A stretch of 64,000 bases of DNA from Utricularia gibba (lineage: Eukaryota > Plantae > Magnoliophyta). The stretch lies in contig CM007990.1 in NCBI GenBank assembly GCA_002189035.1, positions 3,906,001 to 3,970,000 on the forward strand. Direction: 5' to 3'. The translations under genes were made by a program, and so were the position numbers. Of this stretch, positions 37,401 to 48,429 are shown piece after piece. The notes beneath the pieces were generated by a model. That model had not been told where the DNA came from, did no database searches, and saw nothing but the letters and a program-made list of their open reading frames with translations. Positions within the stretch are counted from its first letter, which is position 1. Each line of letters opens with the position of its first letter.

Positions 37401-38218
37401 TTCCAATGGGACATTCGTAGGGTATGTAGAAAAGTTTGGAATGGCAATCCTTGTCTTCTTTTCAATCACACAACCTTCAAATAATAGATTTGGATAAGAA
37501 ATGTGTGACAATCCTCTGACTATTTCCCTCCTACACAACATGGAGAGATCATCAACAGATTCTGATTCTAATTCTGATTCATAACGAAGTTTCAAACCAA
37601 TAGGAGAAACATGATTATGCTTAAACAGAAACATATGGTTTTGCTGTCATCGTCACACTTGCAATCCTGTTTTACTGCTCATCTTTAATCTCCAATCTAT
37701 TATTTGCTAGGATCATTTCAAATCCCTTCTCAATTAACTGCTCAAGACTTAAGATATTGCATTTTAGACATCGAACACATTATATCACCCTTTCCTACCA
37801 CATGAATTTTAGTAGAATCTCTAAGAGAAACCTCTTTTGTAAGAAATGTATCAAACTGATGAAATAATGCTTGATTTTCACACATGTGGCTGCTAGCTAA
37901 AGAGTCCAAATACCACACTTTGAATCAAAAGATGAGGTTGCAACTTCTCTACAGGTCATGAGAAGTATTATTGAGTTAGTCTCAAGATCTATTGGTTTTG
38001 GAGCTTTCTGCATAACATTAGATTTCTCCTCAATACCATTTTGGCATTCCCTGAAATAATGATCCTTCAGATGACAAGAATAACAATCAATATTTGATTT
38101 ATCAACTTGTTTTGATGTGCTAGCCTCATTGCTACTTCCTCCTCTTCCTCCATCGTCCACAACCACTGCCTCTACCATTGCTTCCACCTTTTACCCGACT
38201 GTGAGAATTTGTGACTGG
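34459..38218 (-). mobile_element. Ty1/Copia 3' part: gag zinc knuckle, integrase, RT, RNase H, PPT and 3' LTR (degenerate)
   Basis: Minus strand: CYSCHLKDHYFREC knuckle, LELIHEDVCEPIKPSTLGGNNYFFVFVDDY and IKVLRIDRGREF (integrase), LICLYVD (RT), KHIETQFHFIRD (RNase H). PPT TTGAGGGAGGC is followed by an LTR from 34702 (TGTTG) to 34459. Many stops and frameshifts. Confidence 0.9.
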
Positions 38219-39423
38219 TTTGATATCACAAACATGTACAATGAATAGCATTTAATTTGACAAACACATTCCATTGCTCCTAGGGTGTCCCCTTTTGACT
38301 AGCCATCTTCATTTTCCATGTCACATATTAACATTAAAATTTCATATTGAAAATGATCAATTATCTCTTACATGTGTTATCAGAACATGCTAGTTTTCTA
38401 ATGAATTTGAAATGTCTCAGACCACGTTAATTTAAAAATGCGCGCACACACACACACATGACATGCAAAAAAGAGGTTAAACCATGAAGTATTGCAGTTG
38501 AGGTTAGTTTGATGGACGTACGAGATATAATAAAATAAATATTATTAAGAATTTAGTTTTTTTATAAATAATTTGATTGGTAAATAAAAAATAAAAATAA
38601 ATTGGGATTATATGAATTAAAAAATAATTATTTGAAATTATTTTATCAAATTACGGGTATATTTCCATTAAATATATTACTCTTTTATTTATGTTTTTTT
38701 GCATTAGAAGAATAAAATAAATATATATTACGTTGTGGGTGGTTGGCAAATGGTATTAAATGAGAAATATTAATAATTATATAAAGATCTCAAGTTTATT
38801 GCGTGAAATAAGATCTAGCAGTATTGAAATTTGAAATTCTTAAATTTTAGGATATATAACAAAGTGGGATTTAAATATTCTGTTTTGTATTTCATATTTT
38901 TACTCTCACTCATTTTTTATTTATATTATAAAATGATGATAATATAATTATTTTTTATATAAATAAAATCTCAAAAATAAAATTTTAGTTAATTAACCAA
39001 GCATAACTTATCTCATTCATATATTTCTATCTTATTTACATATCTCTATTAAAATATTTATTTGGACATTTAAATTCCATAATCAAAGACATAGGGCTCG
39101 TTTGGTAGAAGGTGTTAGATGGTATTGTGTTAAATAACACATCATAATCATTAGTTTGGTGCATAGTGTTATATAACACTATGGATTACATATCCTAACA
39201 AATTTCTTATTTAACACACAATTTATAGTGAAACATAAATCCATCTACCACATGGGTTTATTAATCCTATGATAATAAAAGACAAAAACATCCTTTTATT
39301 TTACAAAAAAAAATTTCCCTCCAATAATCATATTTGTTCCCTCCATTTTTGTCAATAAATTAGGGTTAGTTCTTTTTATTGGGCTCACATATTTTCGTGT
39401 GTAGCTAAGCAATTCGAAATCTG

Positions 39424-40418
39424 ATGGCACAGAATGGAGGCAACAAAAAGAAAGAAAACATCGAGATCAGCAAGGGAAAACGACGTTCGTGGTCACTCTC
39501 TGAAGAAAAATTATTGTTTCAAGCTATGAAGGAGATTATTTCTACCGGATGGAAATCTGAAAATGGGTTCAAATCAGGTTATTTGCAAGCCATTGAGATA
39601 ATAATTCTTAGGCATATGTCAAATTCGAACTTGCGTGCAATACCCCATATTCAGTCAAAGATTCATGGCTGGAAATTAAGCTATACGGCTTTGTCCTGTG
39701 TGTTGGCAAAGTCAGGAACGGGTTGGAATGACTCCTCAAAGACCATAGAAGCATCAAATGAATTATGGGAGGAAATGATTAAGGTTAGTAATTTTATTTA
39801 TTTATTTAAAACTTTCTATTATCTAAATTAATTTTCATTGAGTTGAAGGCCATACCTAATGCAGAGAAAGTAAGAGACAAATCATTTCTTTATTATATTG
39901 ATTGGGTTGAGATATTCGGCAAGGATCGGGCTACAGGATACATGGCTATTGACTTGTATTCTGCATCAACTAATATCTCTCAAGATTTGCACCTCGATGA
40001 TAACTTTGATCCATTTGAAAATATGGATGCTGAAGTGAATAAAGGAAAGACAAGGTCATTTGAAAACATGCATGATTTGGATACAAGTCCCGAGTCACAT
40101 GCAGGAGAGAAGAAGAAAAGACGTCGTATTAATCCAGTAGAAGATTTAATAACTATTATTGCAGATGCTGTCAAAAGTCAGGTAGCCCAAATTGAAAAAC
40201 TTTCTTTGAGGATAGGATATGAGCATGATTTGGCTGCAAAGCAGATGCAAATAGTTACGATTTTAGAACAAATGTCTATTCATATGGATGTAATGCAGCG
40301 TGTTGAGGTGGCAAAACATATTTTGACAGATCAACAAACTCTTCGTATATTTTTAGGCCTCAAGGATAATGATAAAGAAGAGATGGTGAAGGGAATGCTG
40401 AAGAAGATTAATGTGTAG
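39424..40418 (+). CDS. PIF/Harbinger ORF1, Myb/SANT-like DNA-binding protein (apparently intact, about 309 aa)
   Basis: Exons 39424-39783 and 39849-40418. Motifs RRSWSLSEEKLL, GWKSENGFKSGYL, GTGWNDSSKTIEAS, EIFGKDRATG. Confidence 0.85.
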
Positions 40419-41026
40419 TTTTCATATTTCTTTGCTAGTTGAATTTTTATGTTGATGCTTCTTTCAGAATATCAGACAAATATGCTTTTGCCCATTTTGT
40501 AGTGTTAAATATAAAACACTATTTATGCTTATTTTGTATCTCTTAATAGTGAGCATGTATCATGTAGCATGTGTTTTGTTTTAAATGATTAATATATTTA
40601 AATGCATTTATACATTGAACGCGAACACCTTAATTGCCCTTAATGATTGAGATAGTGATGTGAAGTCTAACTACCATCGTCATCTCTTATATTAATCATT
40701 CGTTTTGATGACTTAGCATTTGAAGTAGTGGATATAAATGTAACATGTGAAAGCAGTGAAGTCTACGCACCATTATCACAACTCATAGCCACAATTTATT
40801 GGCATTAGAATGACATCCATTTTAAAACAGCTTTAAGTAAATAATAATGAAGTGTAAAAAATTACAATATTCCATTATAACAAAGAAAAATATAGAATCA
40901 AGGCATCATTGTCAATACATAAATTAAGTTTACATAAATCACTTGAATCCATCATTCTTACATCTCAAAATGACCTATTGATTCATCAAAACAAGTTTCA
41001 AAAGATGATAAGACAATGATAAAGCT

Positions 41027-42366
41027 TCATCTCCTTGCTGACCACTCATTGTAGATTGTAGTTGCTAATTGATCACATGAAGCTGTCCAAGTGACCGATG
41101 GATCAAGAGTCTCAATAAAATCATCACCATCCACAAGATTACTAGTATCATCATCCAACAGACTCTCATAAGGATCATTCACGTCCACAGTCCTAATGAA
41201 ATTGTGAATGAGAGCACAAGCCATGATTATAAGATTTAGCTTTTTTACCGAATAGAAACAAGCATTACGAATAATTGCCCATCTCATCTTTATCAATCCC
41301 CAAGCTCGCTCTATGACATTTCTTGCTTTTGCATGTCTCATATTATAATATTCCTTATAATTTTGTGGTGATGCAGAACCAACTCTCCATTCTTTTAAAT
41401 GGTATCGAACAGAGCGAAATGGTGTAAGAAATCCTTCACAATTCATGTAACCATTGTCGCATAAATAATAATAACCTGCAATATCATGAAACAAATGATT
41501 AATTATATATAAGAGTGTATTATTTTAAATATCAACAATCAATATGATTCTTTTAGGTTAATATAAATACCTCTAGGAACTTGAAAACCATGTTCTCTTG
41601 TGAGAGCATCACGCAATACGCTTCCATCAGCAGTTGATCCTTCCCATCCCGATAAGATATATATAAAATTCATGTTTATATCACATACACCTAAAACATT
41701 AACACACACAAAACCTTTACGACAACGATATGGGGCCTGCTCACTTGCATTGACTTTGGCTTGAATATAAGTTCCATCCAAAGCTCTCAAACAACCCTGT
41801 GCAAATTCAAAAGCATGAAGAAATAATAAAACATAGTTGTTATATTATGAATTCTCAGCAACTACCATACCTTAAAATATTTCCATGGCCCATCAGTAGT
41901 ATTTTCATTGATTGGTTGAGGCTTTGCAATAAGTAGCGAATGCAATTTAATAATCGTTTGAAGCACCTCATGAAAATAATAATGGATGGTCTATTTAGAT
42001 CTCTTAAAATCATGCGATTGTATACGCACTTTTTTATGGTGAGCTAAAACTCCCAAAAAAATTGCAACTTTTTTAGATAAGCTAACACGCTTAGAATTAT
42101 TCAATCCACCAACATCATGCAAAAGTGCATAATCTTCCAAAAGCATTTCTTGTCATTCTTAAATTGTCCAAGCAAGCAAGATCACTGATGCAAATCATTT
42201 CTCGAAGATGCATAATTTGTCCACAAACTCTTCCAATCATTGAATATTTTCGTTTTTTAGGTCTTTTCCCATAATACAAATCAATTATAGCCGCAAATAA
42301 CAACAATTGGGTAAGATGAATTTTGTGCAAAACCAACAGTACTGCAAAATCTGATTTTGATATCAT
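41027..42366 (-). pseudogene. PIF/Harbinger DDE transposase, disrupted
   Basis: Motifs LRMTRNAFGRLC, VAIFLGVLAHH, WKYFK|GCLRALDGT, GWEGSTAD, YYLCDNGY, RHAKARNVIERAWG (D, D, E present). Frameshift near 42120 and an in-frame TAG near 41995. Confidence 0.88.
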
Positions 42367-43106
42367 CCTAATTACAAAAAAAAAAATTACTACACAAGAT
42401 GGTCGAAATATGAAATAGAGCAATCAACATACATTAACTTAATCTAAGCATACCTATCAAAATCCTCAGAACGGTAGAAAGTTTGTAAACACTCCATGCC
42501 CTAATTTGTCGCCCCCTCTTTCTCTCTCTCTCGTGAGTTGAAGGTCACAATCTTTTATATTAAATATATATTAAAATATGGGCATTTTAGTAAAATCATA
42601 TATAACTCAAATTATAAAACTTCCAACCAAACACATGTTAAATAATACTATGTTATTTAAAACTTTCTACCAAACTACATTGATGTTTTTAAGTCACTTA
42701 TTTTAGTATAAAATAATCCAATTATATTTAAGACCGTGTAAACTAAAATATGCTACCAAACGAGCCCATAGTACTTACCTCTAAATAGGAATGCTATAAT
42801 ATGCTATATTAATGATTTGAAATTCTTTTTTATTTTTTAAAAATTATGAATACTTGTAAATATATCAAATGAAGCGCCACGCATATTCTAATTGTGAAAT
42901 ATATTGAAATTAATGATTTAATAGGTAAGATTAACATGAAATTCAAATATATAAAAAAATGTAAATAATATTAAAAAAATTAGATACAATCGATTATTAT
43001 TTATTTGTAATTTTTTATATAATTTATTTTTTATTTTTATTTTTTTAAATATGATATAATTTATTCTAATAAATAAATGATCATCAACTTTAATTTAAAT
43101 TTTAGG

Positions 43107-43827
43107 TGTTGGATTCTGTATGTAATTTCTGTTTTCGAAGAATATTACTCCTAACTAAGAATAGTTAGCGACATTTTTAGTCTTTGTCGACATTTCACAC
43201 TACTTGCTTGTTTGCTTTCTAGTATTCAACTGTGAAATGAGCATACTGTGGGTGATGTTTTCTTTTACACTTTCGTTTACCTTAAACATGAGTGGCTAAG
43301 TATTTAGGGGGGTGCCTTGGGGTGAAAATGGGAGAAATATGCTAATACATCCTTAGATTTAATAAACCATGAGTCACGCCACTTTCTTAACAAACCAGTA
43401 TAGATTAAGGAGGGGAAGTAGTGAAACTCAACTTAACAACCCTAATTAGAGGTAAACCAAAGATTAGGGGGAAAAACAAGAATCTGGGTAGACCTAGATC
43501 TTGTGAGTTAATAGTATGATTTATGATTTAGGTGAGCTTGTTTAGTGATAGGCATCACCCATTCCATTCCAGAAACTACCGAATCCAAACTTGTTACTTT
43601 TCTTTACTGTATTTCGTTAGAGTCCTGCCTTAGTCCTAGTTAAGACCAATTTACCAACGTGACACTGATTTCATGTTTTGGCTAATCACTTGACAAGCAC
43701 TTGTTCTTCGTATTCGACCCTAATCACTATGCTCATAATTGTTTTATACTTGAATGTGGTTTAGGTTATAAATTTATTTGATAGGAAAATTTGCATTTAA
43801 CGACATTGCATAATTTTTCGTTTATCA
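43107..43827 (+). mobile_element. 5'-truncated Athila-type LTR
   Basis: Reverse-complement match to 50375-51105; ends TTTCGTTTATCA; no PBS follows. Confidence 0.8.
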
Positions 43828-45103
43828 CATTATTAAGACAAAGTAGTGAAAATATCAAAAACATCGTAAGATAGTTATGCATAAAAGTTAAAAACATTCA
43901 AAAAAATTTAAATAAAGTAAAAATATTTCTAATTCTCATATGCTAATGTTCACGGCCCAAAAGAATAAAACTGAACTTGGCTTTGGTGGTATTGTTCAGT
44001 TTGAAGAGTCTTCTTCCTGAAAATCTCCTTTTTTTTTTTTCTGGTTTTTTCTACTGAAGGAGCTCTACTTCCCTGTTCTTTATTCAAGCTCTATCTCTTT
44101 CTTTCTCTCACTTCCCAAAAAATATATTTTCTTCCTCTATTTCCCTTGGTAATTACAATTCTCTAACATTATTGCTACACCTGACTTGTAGTCTACTATG
44201 GTGGAAGTGCACTCATTATTCCCTTTTTTTATGTTGCTTAGTCTGTTAAATGATTACTCGCACAAAATTCATGTCTTCTCCCCTTATTTTTGGAATTTGT
44301 TGTTGGACTCACAATTTTCGATCAAAATACAAAGAGAGTTTGCCCCAATTGTGTCACTGATTGAAACTACTAGTCTGTATGGATTGATGGGTTTATGGTA
44401 GAGTATAGCACTCAATCTTTGTTGAATATACAGATCGAACGTATTAATTAATGCTATAGAAATTTGTCAAAAAAAGATTGTAGCATTCACTTATGTTGTT
44501 AGGAAATTATTTGGGATTATACAATTAAAAAATAATAATTTGAAATTATTTTAACAAAATTACACATATTTTTCAATCAAATATAATAATATTTTATTTA
44601 TGTCTTTTATAACAGAATAAAAAACATATACTACGCTATAAATGTTTGGTACATGATATCAAATGAAAAATAGCAATAATTATAGTAAGATCTTAATTTT
44701 ATTATGTGAAATAAGATTTATCAATTATAAATGGGATTTATATATCCTATTGTTTAATTGATATTTTTACTCGCATTAATTCTTTAGTTATATTAAAAAA
44801 TGATGATAATATAATTAAAATATCTAAATTCACTTTTATTAATAGTTACAGTTAACCAAATATACCTTATCTCATTCATATATTTATATCTTATTTACAT
44901 ATCTCTATTAAAAAAATCTATCAGTATAATTAAATCTCACCAAAAAAATACTACTTGTAATATGTCATATGAAAGATTTGAAATTGATTTTTTATTTTTT
45001 TCAAATTTTACATCTAAAAATATGGAAACAAGCGACATGCAGATTATAATTATGAAAGAATGATCATCAACTTAGTTTTAAATTTTAAGTTTTGGGTATG
45101 AGG

Positions 45104-45529
45104 TGATGCAGATGAGGGTAGGAAGTTTGTAGCAAAACAACAATTTTCGATACCAGAAAATAGTCTCCACATGGTAACAACCCAAATATTCAGTCTTGTA
45201 CCGAAATTGCCAGAAAACAGACACAAACACGAAACCCAGCACACAGCCCCTGCTCCAACAGCTGCTGTGCCGCGCACGCTGAAGAGCACCGGTAAGATAT
45301 GCCGAGAACGAAGTCAGCGCTCACCCAAGGACTCTTGATTTCTTGACTGCCAAGAGAGCAATGGATTAAAACCCGCTTCTTAACCTCTCTACCAGGAGAT
45401 TCAAGAGAATGGGGAATACCAAGTTTTCAAAAGACCAAAGCCACCGCCCACGTGTGCTTTCTTTAGGTTAAATCCTTTTTTCTATAGGCTTCGGATGTGG
45501 GCTGTGTCACAGCCCCATGACCCACATCA
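45104..45529. mobile_element. Small solo LTR (426 bp) in the CYP94 copy-1 promoter
   Basis: TGATG...CATCA termini and a 5-bp TSD TGAGG (45099-45103, 45530-45534). Absent at the equivalent position of unit C (about 58760). Confidence 0.85.
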
Positions 45530-45730
45530 TGAGGTTATTTGATATATAATATAGAAGATTTATATTCAAAATTACAAATAAATCACTATTTGATTAATTA
45601 ACATATGCATACTAGAGTTGTATGACTATATAATTCACAATGAAATAGTAGGCCCACACCTAGTGGGATCGTTATCTAAATATGTGATGGTAAGCGAGTT
45701 AGCTTGTACCGGGAGCCATCATTGACGGAA

Positions 45731-47254
45731 ATGGAGTTCTCTTCCGTCAGCATCACCTTCCTCGTCATTCTCGTCTCGGGTATCTCTGCATACCTTTTAC
45801 TTTTCCAGCGGAAAGGTTCCGGCCATGGGTTCAAAACAGTTCCTTTATTGGGGTCCCTTCCGGACTTCCTTCGCAACCGCCACCGCTTCCTCGACTGGGT
45901 CACCGAAACTGTTGCTCATACACCGGGGAATACCGCCGTCTTCACCATTCCCGGGAACACCCAAGGCATCTTGACTGCAAATCCACAAGTTGTGGAGTAC
46001 ATATTGAAAACCAATTTCGAGGATTACCCAAAGGGGTCTTATTTAATTTCCGCTTTGCATGATTTGCTGGGGAGTGGGATCTTCAACGTGGATGGAGATT
46101 CATGGAAGGCTCAGAGGAAGACTGCGAGTTATGAGTTCAACACGAAATCTCTCAGGAATTTTGTGATGGAATGTGTGGCCTCTGAATCGGAATCGCAGCT
46201 GATTCCACTGATGGAATCCGCCGCTAAAAGCGGCAACGTTTTGGATCTTCAGGACATTCTCGAACGATTTTCTTTCGACAATATTTGCAGACTTTCTTTC
46301 AACGTCGACCCTGGTTGCCTTGAAGGTGACAGCTCTGTTGGGGCGGAGTTTATGCGGGCATTTGATGAAGCTGCCCTGCTCAGTTCGGGTAGATTTTATT
46401 CTGCTATCCCGATTCTAGTGACGATCAAGAAGTTTCTCGATGTGGGATCGGAGAAGAAGCTGCGCAAATCCGTTGCTACTGTCCATGATTTCGCTGACAA
46501 GATCATCAGAAAAAGAATGGAAGAAAAGAGGGAAACTGTTATTAAAGAGGATGAGGACTTACTGTCAAGATTCATAACCCAAAAGGAAGCCTCACCTCAG
46601 TATCTCAGAGATATCGTCATCAGCTTCATTCTAGCAGGGAGAGACACTTCCTCCGCTGCTCTTACGTGGTTCTTCTGGATGCTATCTACCCACCCACATG
46701 TCGAACAAAAGATCCTGCAAGAACTAGCCGAAATCCGAAGCCGAAACCGCAAACCAATCGGCGAGGTCTACACCTTCGATGAGCTTCGCGATATGCATTA
46801 TCTCCATGCGTCAATCACGGAATCAATGAGACTTTATCCTCCAGTCCCAGCAGACTCAAAGACGTGCGCGAGAGACGACATTCTCCCTGATGGGACTGTG
46901 GTACGCAAGGGCTGGTTCGTTTCATACCTTGCATACTCAATGGGAAGGATGGAGAACATTTGGGGCAAAGATTGCTGCGAGTACAAGCCGGAGAGATGGA
47001 TCGAGAACGGCGTTTTCCGGCAGGAGAGCTCGTTCAAGTATCCGGTTTTCCACGCCGGACCAAGGATCTGTCTGGGGAAGGACATGGCCTATATTCAGAT
47101 GAAGTCCATCGCAGCTTCTGTGTTGGAAAGGTTTGCTTTGAATGTATTGGTGGAGAAAGGCAAGTCACCTGAACCCCTCTTATCTTTGACTATGAAAGTG
47201 AAAGGTGGACTGCAGGTCATCGTGAAGGAAAGAGAAGCTCCCAGTAGTTTCTAA
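45731..47254 (+). CDS. CYP94: Cytochrome P450 CYP94 family (CYP94D-like), copy 1, 507 aa, intronless
   Basis: N-terminal TM helix, LLGSGIFNVDG, I-helix AGRDTS, ESMRLYPPVP, PERW and heme motif FHAGPRICLG. Start at 45731 by alignment with copy 2. Confidence 0.93.
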   Translation: MEFSSVSITFLVILVSGISAYLLLFQRKGSGHGFKTVPLLGSLPDFLRNRHRFLDWVTETVAHTPGNTAVFTIPGNTQGILTANPQVVEYILKTNFEDYPKGSYLISALHDLLGSGIFNVDGDSWKAQRKTASYEFNTKSLRNFVMECVASESESQLIPLMESAAKSGNVLDLQDILERFSFDNICRLSFNVDPGCLEGDSSVGAEFMRAFDEAALLSSGRFYSAIPILVTIKKFLDVGSEKKLRKSVATVHDFADKIIRKRMEEKRETVIKEDEDLLSRFITQKEASPQYLRDIVISFILAGRDTSSAALTWFFWMLSTHPHVEQKILQELAEIRSRNRKPIGEVYTFDELRDMHYLHASITESMRLYPPVPADSKTCARDDILPDGTVVRKGWFVSYLAYSMGRMENIWGKDCCEYKPERWIENGVFRQESSFKYPVFHAGPRICLGKDMAYIQMKSIAASVLERFALNVLVEKGKSPEPLLSLTMKVKGGLQVIVKEREAPSSF

Positions 47255-48429
47255 GGCATTTTGTCGCCATGAACAAAATTTGTGTGGTCGTTAAAAATTC
47301 TCTATCTTGTTTGTGATATGGTGTAACTCGTGTTGTGATACCCTATCAAGTAATGTATTTGATTCATGATATACTTTTATTTCAGATAATAAAATTTAAA
47401 TTAGTTATTAATGAAAACAATATATAAATAATATTAACGATATATTAATTTCATATAGCTAATTTTCAAAAAAAATTAATGTTGATATAATTCGATAATA
47501 AGACACTATTTCCACTATTTAAATACTCCATAATAGATTCTTACCATTTTAAAGATTGATGTTTTTGGTTTACCATTATACAAATGATATAAATTATTCA
47601 TTTTGTTTCTTATAACTGATATAGATAGTTATCAACTGTTTTTCATTATAATAAAATTAGTTTATAATATAAAATTCTAATTTCTATTCATAATAGCTTA
47701 CTAACTCATTTCAACTCTTTCCACCATACCCCTACCACGATTAGGAAATAAAGAAACAAAGATTATGTTTTGAATTGAACTAGTTCTTACATATAACACA
47801 TTGTAAACGAATATATTGTCAAAATAGTCAGATTGATTTTGGAGAAAAATATTATAATTAAAGTGAAAGTTATCTAGATATTCACCAAGAGGGATATAAA
47901 ATTTATAGTATTGTATTATCGAATATAGTATAATTTAATTTATGAAAACCTTTCAAATTTGTCTATGATACATTTGAGATTTTGATAACATTGCTACCCA
48001 CCTTAATATAATAACTTTATATGCAAATCCTGAAATTTTTATTACAAACACATAGAAACTAATTTTTTCAACATTAAGATACCAAAATATGTATTTTGAG
48101 CATTTGAATTATATATTCATGCTCATTTGCAATATTCAACATGTGATCATAATAGATGTCACATATTTTTCTTTTATCCTGAATCACAAGTTATTAATTA
48201 TTGTAATTGTAAATGTTTGTGACCTTCTTCACATAAACATATTTTCACTGACTAAATACATAAAAAGAAACTATTAAACGTGTAAACTAGTAGAAATATA
48301 AGGATGATGTGGTTTTAGGGTTTGCTACATAGCTTATAATTTTGTATATTAGCTTTCGTTTTTAATATTCCTTGGATAGAGATAAGGGAGGAAGCGAATA
48401 GTGTTACAATTCAGATCCTTGATTCAGAG

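Larger units (their letters stand above)
39094..42767. mobile_element. Full-length PIF/Harbinger DNA transposon
   Basis: Perfect 15-bp TIR GGGCTCGTTTGGTAG / CTACCAAACGAGCCC, 3-bp TSD ATA (39091-39093, 42768-42770), and two convergent genes. Confidence 0.95.
38220..43106 (+). repeat. Repeat unit A: copy of the CYP94 upstream region with no CDS, interrupted by the PIF element
   Basis: 38220-39090 and 42770-43106 align by eye with 57620-58760 and 44495-45095 (shared GCCATCTTCATTTTCCATGTCACATATT, GGGATTATATGAAT, ATGATCATCAACTT..AAATTTTA). Confidence 0.75.
44495..48225 (+). repeat. Tandem duplication unit B (CYP94 copy 1 with flanks); paralogous to 58125-61760
   Basis: Upstream AT-rich block, CDS and about 1 kb of 3' flank align with unit C; similarity ends near 48225 and 61760. 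Confidence 0.85.

Noticed and set aside
45676-47172. Short ORFs overlapping CYP94 copy 1 (and equivalents over copy 2, the expansin and SHMT)
   Set aside because: Alternative-frame or antisense shadows of GC-rich coding sequence; they recur only because the P450 is duplicated.
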